A stretch of DNA of 64,000 nt from an uncultured Verrucomicrobiae bacterium (GTDB lineage Bacteria > Verrucomicrobiota > Verrucomicrobiia > Chthoniobacterales > UBA10450), in NCBI GenBank assembly GCA_963801815.1, contig CAWDGJ010000002.1:480001-544000 (forward strand), in the 5' to 3' direction. Shown piece by piece: positions 28,130 to 37,142 of the stretch. A model generated the notes under the pieces. The model did no database searches, was not told the origin of the DNA, and saw nothing but the letters and a program-made list of their open reading frames with translations. The number at the start of each line of letters is the position of its first letter. Position 1 is the stretch's first letter. A program made the position numbers and the translations under genes.

Positions 28130-29074
28130 TTATCGCACGCCCGAGATGGTGACAAACGGCCCACTCTTCCTCTTCCGCTGAGTCTTAATCCTTCTCTTAC
28201 TCTTACTCTTACTCTTCGTCTTCCGAGCGTGATGAAACAGGTATTGCTGGGCGTAGCCGCCATGGTTTCCAAAGTATTCCTCTGTGAACGTCCGCAGCCT
28301 CCCCGCGTTCAATCTTCGCGCCCGGGGGAAATACCTTTCCCTCAGCACCCGATCGATCCAGACGTCGATGGGAAAAGCGCGTAACCGCTCGTAGGCGAAA
28401 AGCATCACGCAATTAGCAACCTTTGCGCCCACGCCCGGCAGGTCGCACAATCGTGCCCGTAGATCGACGTCGGAAAACTCCGCCAGCTTCTCAAGATCGA
28501 GATCGCCCGACGCGATTCGTCGGGCTGTTGCCAGCAAGTTCTTCGCGCGATAGCCCAGACCGCATCCGCGCAATTTCTTCTCCGAGCTCGCTGCGATTCG
28601 TTGGGCGGTCGGAAATGCGTGAACGATGTGACCACTAATCTGCCGCGCCTCTCCAAAGCCTTCCCGCAGTTTCATCGAAATCTGTCGAATGTGCGCGACC
28701 TGTTTCATCGACGAGCAAATGAACGTCGCGAGACATTCCCATTTTGGCTGGCGAATGATTCGCAGGCCGTGGCAAAAATCGCGCGCGGCGTTCATTACCG
28801 GATCGCTTGGGAACGAAGCGCAAATTTCGGCAAGCGGATGATCGAGCGCGAAATAATGTGACACGATCGTCCTCAAACTTGACTGGTTTAAACAGTCAAG
28901 TTGCGGACTCCCGCCTGAGGCTTTAAGAGCATCGCCACTTTGTTCGACATAAACTGGCCGGTCTCCAATCAGGCCAACGAAGCCGGCGCCGGCCCTTGCC
29001 CAATGAAACACCTGTCCGGAATCGAGCGTCATTGCCACGTCAAAATCGAGCGCGGGAATTGTCGTAGACTTCAT
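28130..29074 (-). CDS. 8-oxoguanine DNA glycosylase (Ogg family)
   Basis: Motifs TLDSGQVF, GLRIIRQ, FICSS, GLGYRAK, HhH LPGVGAKVANC, FPIDVW and GYAQQYLF. Confidence 0.92.
   Translation of the reverse strand: MKSTTIPALDFDVAMTLDSGQVFHWARAGAGFVGLIGDRPVYVEQSGDALKASGGSPQLDCLNQSSLRTIVSHYFALDHPLAEICASFPSDPVMNAARDFCHGLRIIRQPKWECLATFICSSMKQVAHIRQISMKLREGFGEARQISGHIVHAFPTAQRIAASSEKKLRGCGLGYRAKNLLATARRIASGDLDLEKLAEFSDVDLRARLCDLPGVGAKVANCVMLFAYERLRAFPIDVWIDRVLRERYFPRARRLNAGRLRTFTEEYFGNHGGYAQQYLFHHARKTKSKSKSKRRIKTQRKRKSGPFVTISGVR
28164..28223. repeat. Hexamer tandem array encoding the basic Ogg C-terminal tail
   Basis: About 10 CTCTT(A/C)-like units; encodes KTKSKSKSKRRIKTQRKRKS. Confidence 0.7.
28876..28902. 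repeat. 27-bp palindromic element, copy 2 (in-frame in ogg)
   Basis: AACTTGACTG-GTTTAAA-CAGTCAAGTT has a perfect 10-bp stem and encodes QLDCLNQSSL. Confidence 0.8.
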
Positions 29075-29202
29075 TGGTGGATCGAGCAGTCCCTTGCTCG
29101 ATGCTAAGATCTTGCGGCAAGGCCGCCATTAATTAACATCGCGCGACGGAGCGCGCGATCCACCTTGCACGTTCCCGAAATTCTGTCACCTAAATCGGCA
29201 AC

Positions 29203-30840
29203 ATGGACGCGCGCCTGGCGATCGATAGCGGAGTTCTGGTCCTTTACTTCGTCATCATCATTGGAATCGGCCTTTTCATGGGTCGAAAGGAAGAGAGCCT
29301 GTCCGATTTCGCGCTCGGCGGACGGCGCATTCCGTGGTGGGCAGTGCTCGCTTCACTGATTGCAGCTGAAACAAGCGCCGGCACATTTTTCGGAACGCCG
29401 GGCGAAGGCTACAGCCACCGCGATTACACCTACTTGCAGCTCGCCTTCGGCACGATCATCGGACGCATTCTAGTCAGTTACATTTTTATCAAGCCGTACT
29501 ACGACTATAAAGTTTACTCGATTTACGAATACCTGACCGCGCGCTTTGGCGTCGCGAGCAAGAACGCGGCGTCCGCGGTTTTTATGATCACGCGCCTGCT
29601 CGCGTCGGGCGCGCGGTTGTATGTGGCAGCCATCGCGCTCGCGCTCGCTTACGAAATGATCAGCGGCGTTCGCCCAAACCAGACACAAACTCTCTGGATT
29701 TATATCGGCGCCACCATTGCCATCGTCATTCTCACCGCCATTTACACCACGTTCGGTGGAATCAAGGCCGTCATCTGGACTGATCTCATTCAAGCCTCGA
29801 TCATGATTGGCAGCGCATTGATCGCGCTCGGCTTGCTTTACTCAGCCATCCCCGGCGGCTGGCAAGAGATCGTAGAACGCCATGGCCCGTTCAAGGTTTC
29901 AGATCTTATCGCCACCGGTCTCGATCCCGCCAGACATGGCTGGGACCAGATCAAAGGCATGTTCGAGAGTGAGTACACAATCTTTGCCGGCCTGATCGGC
30001 GCCGCGTTCATCACCATGGGCACACACGGCACAGATCAAGACATGGTGCAGCGCATGTTAACCGCCAAAGACATACGCCGCAGCCGCCGCTCACTCATCT
30101 GCTGCGCGTTGGCCGACGTTCCCATCGCCTTCACGTTCCTCAGCATCGGGTTGTTGCTCTGGGTTTATTATCAAGCCCACCCCGATCCGACACTGTCCAA
30201 GACCCCGAACGAAACGTTTTGCCACTTCATTCTCTATCAAATGCCAGTAGGTCTTCGCGGTTTGCTCCTCGCCGGAATTTTCGCCACCGCCATGGGTTCG
30301 CTCAGCACCGCGTTAAACGCGCTCGCCACCAGCTTCACTCGTGACTGGTATTCGCCTTACATCAATCCCGCGGCTACCGACGAACAGAGTTTGCGCGCGG
30401 TCCGCTGGGCCACGGTCTGGTTTTCCGTCCTGATGATCGTCGTTGCATCGACCACTGCTTATCTCGTCATCGTGCACCCCAACGTGCGCATCATTCCGAT
30501 CGTGCTCGGAATTTTCGGTTACACCTACGGCTCGCTCCTCGGTGTCTTTTTTGCGGGCATGCTGACCAGGACGCGCGGGAACGATCGCGGCAACATCATC
30601 GCCATGATTTGCGGTTTCATTGTCGTCGCCATCCTGAGCGGGTTGCCAAACAAGATCGCGGACCTGGTCGGCGCGAAACTTTACGAACAACCCAGCTGGC
30701 TTCCGGTGATGGAATTTCCCTGGTGGATTTGTTTCGGAACGATCGTCACTTTCTCCGTGGCGATTCTTTTCCGGACTGCCGTCGGAAACGGACCGGACAG
30801 CGTTAAAGAATTGACTGGCCAGAGCGCGCCAACTAATTGA
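29203..30840 (+). CDS. Sodium:solute symporter family transporter
   Basis: Motifs DFALGGR, SLIAAETS, SIYEYL..RFG, GGIKAVIWTD and GTDQDMVQR, with many TM segments. Confidence 0.93.
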   Translation: MDARLAIDSGVLVLYFVIIIGIGLFMGRKEESLSDFALGGRRIPWWAVLASLIAAETSAGTFFGTPGEGYSHRDYTYLQLAFGTIIGRILVSYIFIKPYYDYKVYSIYEYLTARFGVASKNAASAVFMITRLLASGARLYVAAIALALAYEMISGVRPNQTQTLWIYIGATIAIVILTAIYTTFGGIKAVIWTDLIQASIMIGSALIALGLLYSAIPGGWQEIVERHGPFKVSDLIATGLDPARHGWDQIKGMFESEYTIFAGLIGAAFITMGTHGTDQDMVQRMLTAKDIRRSRRSLICCALADVPIAFTFLSIGLLLWVYYQAHPDPTLSKTPNETFCHFILYQMPVGLRGLLLAGIFATAMGSLSTALNALATSFTRDWYSPYINPAATDEQSLRAVRWATVWFSVLMIVVASTTAYLVIVHPNVRIIPIVLGIFGYTYGSLLGVFFAGMLTRTRGNDRGNIIAMICGFIVVAILSGLPNKIADLVGAKLYEQPSWLPVMEFPWWICFGTIVTFSVAILFRTAVGNGPDSVKELTGQSAPTN

Positions 30841-30882
30841 TTTGTAGCGGTATTTTTTCCGCACCTTCAACCACTGAATCTT

Positions 30883-31205
30883 ATGCACGTTGTGACTGAC
30901 AAATGTAATGGCTGCAAGTTTACCGACTGCGTAGAGGTGTGCCCCGTGGCCTGCTTCTACGAAATGGAAAAACAAGTGGTCATTCACGCGGACGACTGCA
31001 TCGATTGCACGGCATGCGTGGACGTGTGCCCTGTGCACGCGATCTATGCAGAGGCCGATGTTCCTTCGGAATTTGCCAAAGATACGTCGAGTTCAACACG
31101 ACCCAAGCCGCGCAGCTGAAGGATTCGGGCGCGCCGGCAATCACAACTAAGAAAGATGCCCTCCCTGGCGCGTTGGAGCGAAAAAAAGCCCTGGGCTATC
31201 CGTAA
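30883..31205 (+). CDS. 7Fe-type ferredoxin (FdxA-like; frameshift near 31080)
   Basis: [18 protein letters not shown] and [13 protein letters not shown]. The C-terminus YVEFN...ITTKKDALP continues in another frame. Confidence 0.9.
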
Positions 31206-31206
31206 T

Positions 31207-33016
31207 TCAAGCCTCTTTTCGAACCGGCGATTTATCGACGTCGAGTTTGATTTTCAACTCCCGCAACTGGCGCGGATCGACGTCGGCCGGAGACTGCGAC
31301 ATCAAATCCATTCCGCGATTATTTTTCGGGAACGCCATCACGTCGCGGATTGATTGGGCGCCGCAGATCAACATCACCAGACGATCGAGCCCGAGCGCGA
31401 TGCCGCCGTGCGGCGGCGCTCCAAGTCGGAACGCCCGGAGCAAATGTCCGAACATTGATTCCTGATCGGATGCGCTCACGCCAAGCGCCTCGAACATCTT
31501 GGCCTGCAACTGTGGCTCGTGAATTCGGATACTACCGCCACCAATCTCCACGCCGTTGAGCACAACGTCGTAAGCTTCCGCCCGGATCTCACCAAATTTT
31601 TTCGGGTCATCGAGCATCGCAACGTCCTCGGCTTTCGGACGCGTGAACGGATGGTGCATTGCGTTCCACTTATTTTCCTCGGCGCTGAACTGCAGTAGTG
31701 GAAAATCTGTCACCCAGAGAAAATCGAGGTCCGAGCCGGACAGGCGGTTGTCTGTTGTCTTTGAGTAGTTGCTGCATCTCGGCGATGCGCAATCGCAAGC
31801 GACCAAGCACCTCAGAAGCGATCTCCCATTTGTCAGCGCCAAATAGAATCAGATCGCCCTCCTCAATTCTCAATTTCGATTTCAGCGCGGCCTTCTCCGC
31901 ATCGCTAAAAAACTTCACGATTGGCGATTTCCATTCGCCACCCTCGACTTTGATAAACGCGAGGCCTTTCGCGCCAAACGTTTTTGCGATCTCGGTTAAC
32001 TCGTCGCTCTGACCGATAGTGAGTGCCGCAAAATTTTTGGCGTTGATTGCTTTCACCACCCCGCCGGCATCAACCGCGCCGCGAAAAACCTTGAAATTGC
32101 TCGCACGGAAATCGTCGCTGAGATCGACCAGCTCCATCCCAAAACGACGGTCTGGCTTATCGCTGCCGTAACGACCGACCGCTTCACGATAAGTGAGACG
32201 ATCGAACGGCGTCTTAACGTCAAGGTTGAGGGTTGATTTGAAAACGGCTGCCAACATTCCTTCGGTCAGCTTGAAAATGTCCGCCGGCTCGACAAACGAA
32301 GCCTCGATATCAATTTGGGTGAATTCCGGTTGCCGATCGGCCCGAAGATCTTCGTCTCGAAAACATTTCGCGATCTGGAAATATTTTTCGACACCGGCGA
32401 CTTGAAGCAGCTGTTTGTATTGCTGTGGCGCTTGCGGCAAAGCATAAAATTTTCCGGGTATCGACCGGCTTGGCACCAGGAAGTCGCGTGCGCCTTCGGG
32501 CGTGCTTTTCGATAAGATCGGCGTTTCGATTTCTAGATAGCCTTGCGAATCGAGATAATCGCGAGTGGCCTTGGCGGCGCGATGCCGAGTCCGCAGATTG
32601 CGCGACATCTCTGGCCGTCGCAGATCGTAATAGCGATAGGTCAGTCGCAAATCTTCGTTGTGAACCTCGGCGTCGATCGAAAAGGGAAGATCGTCCGCAC
32701 GATTCAGAATTCGCAATTGAGCCGGGATTAATTCGATGTCGCCGGTTGGCAGCTTTGAATTTTCCGTGCCGGGCACGCGCGGCGCGACTCTGCCAGAAAC
32801 CTGGATCACGTCTTCGCTGCGCAAAGTGTGCGCTTGCTTGGCGAGCTCCGGGTTTTCTTCGGGACGAAAGACGACCTGCGTCAGTCCTTCACGATCGCGC
32901 AAATCGATAAAGATCACGCCGCCGTGATCGCGCGATACGTGGATCCAACCCGCGAGCGTCGCGTCCTTGCCAACGTCGCTTTTGCGAAGTGAATTGCAGT
33001 CAGTCGTGCGATACAT
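31207..33016 (-). CDS. aspS: Aspartate--tRNA ligase (+1 frameshift near 31760)
   Basis: Motifs [44 protein letters not shown], then HHPFT and [14 protein letters not shown]. Confidence 0.97.
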
Positions 33017-33018
33017 GG

Positions 33019-34275
33019 TCAGGCGGAATCCGAGACCCTGAAGAATTTCGCGATGCTGTCCAGCAGTGCGCCACCAGCAATCAAAGATTCTTCGCGCGTT
33101 GCCAGATTTTTCACTTTCACCTGAGGCCATTCGTCGCCGTAAAGAAGTGCGATGGACGCGCCGGCATTTTCCGCGGTTTGAAATTGCTTCGCGACCTTGT
33201 CGGCCGTTAGCGGGTAATCGACCCGATAGCCGCGATCGCGCAGTTCCTGGATTTGCTCGAGCGCATCGCCCCGGCGCTGCTCCTTCGCAATCACGACATA
33301 GATGTCGATCTTGTTTTGCTCCTTAATGGTGGCTGTCAGCTTCTCACGTGTCGCCGGGCGATCGCGGAGCAATTCTCCGAGAACGACGTCACCCATCGCA
33401 AAACCAAGCGCCGGCATCGACACTGCGCCGTCGCTAAGCTGGGCAATCAAGTTGTCGTAGCGACCGCCGCCGGCGATCGCACGCAGTTTTCCCGCGCGGT
33501 CAAAGACTTCAAAAACCGTCCCGGTATAATAAGCAAGACCGCGCACAATTTTAACATCGATGTCGACAAAGCCGGCCAGGCCACGCGCACCGAGGCCGTC
33601 GACAAGTCGATCCAGTTTTCCGCTGCGTCCACCCTTGTCGAAAATCGAGAAGACCGGTCCGGCAAGGTTTCCGAGTTTTTCTTCCGTTTTCTCTCGTGGT
33701 TCGCGGCCGGATTTATCGATGATCTGCAAAACTTCTTCCCACTGTTCGGTCGGAAGCTTTTGTTGCTGCAGAAAGTCCGTCCAAAACTCGCGATCGCTGA
33801 TCCGGACGACAAAATCTTTTTCGGTCAGCCCGAATCCGCGCAGGATGTCGATGCAAAGCGCGATCAGCTCGACGTCGGCCGCGAAATCGCTCTCGCCCAT
33901 GATGTCGCAATTGAGCTGATAATGTTCGCGCAAGCGGCCGCGCTGTTGTTTTTCGTAACGGAAAAATTGCCCGATCGAAAACCACTTGAGCGGCTTCTTG
34001 AATGAGCGTTCGTGCGCCGCGACCACCCGGGCGAGCGTCGGTGTCAGCTCAGGCCGCATGGAGACTTCGCGGTCACCTTTGTCGGTGAAATTGAAAAGTT
34101 GATCGACAATTTCAGCCCCACTCTTTTTCCGGTAGAGATCGGTCGGCTCGAGAACCGGACCGTCCCACTCAACGAAGCCATAACGGCGAGAGATCTCGCG
34201 CCAGCGCGCAAAGATGTAATTTCGCGTCGCGCAATCGTCGGGCAAAAAATCCCGAAAACCTGGAAGCGTTTGCAT
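33019..34275 (-). CDS. hisS: Histidine--tRNA ligase
   Basis: Motifs RPELTP, FRYEKQQRGRLRE, VRGLAYYTG and GGGRYD. Confidence 0.97.
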   Translation of the reverse strand: MQTLPGFRDFLPDDCATRNYIFARWREISRRYGFVEWDGPVLEPTDLYRKKSGAEIVDQLFNFTDKGDREVSMRPELTPTLARVVAAHERSFKKPLKWFSIGQFFRYEKQQRGRLREHYQLNCDIMGESDFAADVELIALCIDILRGFGLTEKDFVVRISDREFWTDFLQQQKLPTEQWEEVLQIIDKSGREPREKTEEKLGNLAGPVFSIFDKGGRSGKLDRLVDGLGARGLAGFVDIDVKIVRGLAYYTGTVFEVFDRAGKLRAIAGGGRYDNLIAQLSDGAVSMPALGFAMGDVVLGELLRDRPATREKLTATIKEQNKIDIYVVIAKEQRRGDALEQIQELRDRGYRVDYPLTADKVAKQFQTAENAGASIALLYGDEWPQVKVKNLATREESLIAGGALLDSIAKFFRVSDSA

Positions 34276-34403
34276 TATTTCAAAAACCGGACAGCCGACT
34301 GGGCGCGAACCATTTGTGGTGCTGCGGTCGAATAAATCGCCGCTGCCCGCAGTCAAACTTCTTCACAACAAAGAGCATTGGGTAACCAAAGCAAAGGACA
34401 ACT

Positions 34404-34832
34404 ATGAAAGAAACTACATTAGCGAAAATATTGGCCGTGGCTTGTGGTTTGGGTCTCGCGACAGCGTTGGCTCAAACTTCGACAACGGTCACGACCACCA
34501 AAGACGCTGCGACTGGAACCGCGGTCACCGAGACGAGCACAACGAGCGCCTCGGGGACAATTGCGACCTACACGCCGGGAACCGATTACTTCACGTTCGA
34601 ATCGAGGGGGACAACGGGCGCACCGGTGCGGTACTATTACAATCGGGACACGGCTGTGCTCGATCCGGAAGGTCACACCGTAACCTGGTCGGCTGTTCGC
34701 CCAGAATTGCCCGCCACTGTTTATTATGTGCGCGAAGGCGATCGGATGATTGTTCGCAAGGTCGTCCTGAGCAAACCAACGGTCATCGAAAAACAGACGA
34801 CAACGACGACGACAACAACCGACAAGCGGTAA
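34404..34832 (+). CDS. Secreted Thr-rich hypothetical protein
   Basis: SD-like AAGGA upstream, signal peptide (ALA/Q), and Thr-rich ends around a small beta-rich core. Confidence 0.8.
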   Translation: MKETTLAKILAVACGLGLATALAQTSTTVTTTKDAATGTAVTETSTTSASGTIATYTPGTDYFTFESRGTTGAPVRYYYNRDTAVLDPEGHTVTWSAVRPELPATVYYVREGDRMIVRKVVLSKPTVIEKQTTTTTTTTDKR

Positions 34833-34851
34833 TTACAGTCACCGTCTCGTT

Positions 34852-34877
34852 ACGGCGCGCAGCGCCGTAGCTACACC
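34852..34877. repeat. REP-like hairpin half-element
   Basis: ACGGCGCGCAGCGCCGTAGCTACACC matches 60574-60599 at 22 of 26 positions. Confidence 0.65.
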
Positions 34878-34886
34878 ATCAATTCG

Positions 34887-34917
34887 AAGCGCCCGTGACG
34901 AAATTCGCGGGCGCTTT
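34887..34917. terminator. Putative (possibly bidirectional) intrinsic terminator
   Basis: AAGCGCCCGTGA-cgaaat-TCGCGGGCGCTT hairpin between convergent genes. Confidence 0.55.
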
Positions 34918-34921
34918 CGTT

Positions 34922-35893
34922 TCAATCCCCGTAACCGCGCGGAAATTTCTGATGCCATTTCCACGCGCTGTCGATGATTGCATCGAGTGATTGAAACTGC
35001 GGTTTCCAGCCAAGCTCACGACTAATTTTCTCCGATGATGCAACCAAACGCGGCGGATCACCCGGCCGGCGCGGCTTCTCCACGATGTCGATTTTGCGCC
35101 CAGTAACTTTGCGGCAGGAATCGATCACTTGCCGCACGCTGGCGCCTCCGCCGGTGCCGAGATTGTAGAAGTCGCTCTTGGATGCACCAAGCGCGAGAAT
35201 GTGGGCCTGGGCCAGATCGATAATGTGAATGTAATCGCGAATGCAGGTGCCGTCCGGTGTTTCGTAATCGATCCCGAAAATCTCCACGTTTGATTTCTGT
35301 CCAAGCGCAACCTTGAGCACGTTCGGGATCAAGTGCGTTTCAAGCCGATGATCCTCTCCGAACTTCTGCGACGCGCCTGCGGCATTGAAGTAACGGAGCG
35401 AAACAAACTTCAACCCGTGAATTTGATCGTACCAGCGCAGAATTTTTTCGAACGCCAGTTTCGATTCGCCGTAGGGATTAATTGGCTGCTTCGGGGTTGT
35501 TTCGTCGATGGGCAAACGCTCAGGCGGGCCAAAAATGGCACAGGTCGATGAAAAAACGATCTTGGGCACACCGGCTTTCACCATTGCGTCCAGAAGATTG
35601 AGCCCGTTGGAGATGTTATTTCGAAAATACTTGGACGGATTTTGCATCGACTCTCCGACCAGCGCGTTAGCGGCAAAATGCATGACCGCGTCCGGCTTCA
35701 GTTTCACAAGCGTTTTCTCGATCGATTCTCGGTCTTGAAGGTCGCCCTCGGCGAATTCCGCGCGAGAATCAATCGCTGCACGATGGCCTTCGCTAAGATT
35801 ATCGAAAATCGAAACAACGTGCCCCTTATCGAGCAGAAGTTCGGCGCAGACGCTGCCGATATAGCCCGCTCCACCGACGACGAGAATCTTCAT
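34922..35893 (-). CDS. galE: UDP-glucose 4-epimerase
   Basis: Motifs GGAGYIGS, HFAA, YGESK, LRYFNAAGA and DGTCIRDYIH. Confidence 0.96.
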   Translation of the reverse strand: MKILVVGGAGYIGSVCAELLLDKGHVVSIFDNLSEGHRAAIDSRAEFAEGDLQDRESIEKTLVKLKPDAVMHFAANALVGESMQNPSKYFRNNISNGLNLLDAMVKAGVPKIVFSSTCAIFGPPERLPIDETTPKQPINPYGESKLAFEKILRWYDQIHGLKFVSLRYFNAAGASQKFGEDHRLETHLIPNVLKVALGQKSNVEIFGIDYETPDGTCIRDYIHIIDLAQAHILALGASKSDFYNLGTGGGASVRQVIDSCRKVTGRKIDIVEKPRRPGDPPRLVASSEKISRELGWKPQFQSLDAIIDSAWKWHQKFPRGYGD

Positions 35894-35924
35894 TCTCGGG
35901 AAAATCGGCGGACTACGCCGTTAA

Positions 35925-36533
35925 TCAATCCAAAGTGCGACTCGCCGACGGTTTGGACGACGCTTGTCGCGAATTCGTTGTCTTGGCCGACGATTGGCTC
36001 GAATTCAAAACCACCCGTGTCGCAGTGGCTGGATTCTTTTTTTGCAGCGAGACGATCATCTTTTGGACCTGGACGTGTTTAGCGCGCGGTCCCAAGACTT
36101 GGAGACTCTTCTCCTCCGAACCCCATTGCAGGATGTCGATGTCGACGTTGCGTGCACCCCAACGCTTCATTTCAAGCTTGGTTGGCTTGTAGAGATCGAT
36201 CGTGTTCGTGCCGACCAGCGCGGTCCCGTAATCGTCTATAATATATTCTTCCCGGGTGCTGACGATTCGAAATCGAGTCCCGACAGGAAACACCGACCAA
36301 TCCGCCGCCGCACTCATGACGTGGTGACCGGACAAATACGTGCCAAGCGCGTTGCGAGGGCCGCCCTTTTCTTTGTGGGTGTAGGCGGTCGTCCGAACGT
36401 TGGCCATGCGACCGAGATGAGAGTTAGCGGCCGCTACAGCAGCCAACGGTTTCTGAATGGCAGGTTGCTCCGCGCAACCGACAAGAAAACAAATAGCTGC
36501 AAGAACTATTGCAAGGTTAAGGCTTTTTGACAT
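35925..36533 (-). CDS. 3D-domain (MltA/Sps-like) lipoprotein
   Basis: Lipobox LVGC; motifs VRTTAY, AAADWSVFPVGT, DDYG and IDLY. Confidence 0.85.
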   Translation of the reverse strand: MSKSLNLAIVLAAICFLVGCAEQPAIQKPLAAVAAANSHLGRMANVRTTAYTHKEKGGPRNALGTYLSGHHVMSAAADWSVFPVGTRFRIVSTREEYIIDDYGTALVGTNTIDLYKPTKLEMKRWGARNVDIDILQWGSEEKSLQVLGPRAKHVQVQKMIVSLQKKNPATATRVVLNSSQSSAKTTNSRQASSKPSASRTLD

Positions 36534-36670
36534 TTGCAATACCGCGGCCTCAAATAGCACTGAAGCGCGGAGTGGCAAGAATAATTTTACGCGTTCGCAA
36601 TCTTATCTTTCTGTCCACCAGCAGCTTCTAGCTGGGTAAATTGGAGCAAAAAGCGGGCTAGTCTCGAAAA

Positions 36671-36690
36671 TTATTCACACGTTGTTCACT
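36671..36690 (+). promoter_or_regulatory. DnaA box pair outside oriC
   Basis: TTATTCACA (36671-36679) followed by degenerate TTGTTCACT (36682-36690). Confidence 0.4.
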
Positions 36691-37129
36691 AGTTACGCTG
36701 AAACTCCGTCGTGCAGTGCGGACAACGCGTCGCCTTGATCGGGATCGACATCGTGCATGCCGGACAATCTTTCACCACCGGCGGCGCGGTCGGCGACGGT
36801 CTCTTCATTTTGTTTATCGCCTTCACCAACAGAAAGACACAGAACGCGACAATCAAAAAATTAATCGCGATCGTGATAAAATTGCCGTAGGCAAACACCG
36901 GTCCTAATTTTCTCGCCTCAGCCAGCGACAACCCCGCGGTGATTTTATCCGACAACGGAACGTAGAGATTGCTAAAGTCGAGATTGCCGGCAACCCGTCC
37001 GATCGGCGGCATCAGCAAATCTTCGACAACTGATGTGACGATCTTCCCAAACGCAGCGCCGATGATGACACCGACGGCGAGATCGATTGCGTTACCTTTG
37101 ACGGCAAATTCCTTGAATTCCTTCCACAT
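36689..37129 (-). CDS. mscL: Large-conductance mechanosensitive channel with C-terminal zinc-ribbon-like tail
   Basis: [28 protein letters not shown] and YGNFI; tail CPAC-x10-CPHC. Confidence 0.95.
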   Translation of the reverse strand: MWKEFKEFAVKGNAIDLAVGVIIGAAFGKIVTSVVEDLLMPPIGRVAGNLDFSNLYVPLSDKITAGLSLAEARKLGPVFAYGNFITIAINFLIVAFCVFLLVKAINKMKRPSPTAPPVVKDCPACTMSIPIKATRCPHCTTEFQRN

Positions 37130-37142
37130 GCCGCCTGTTTAA

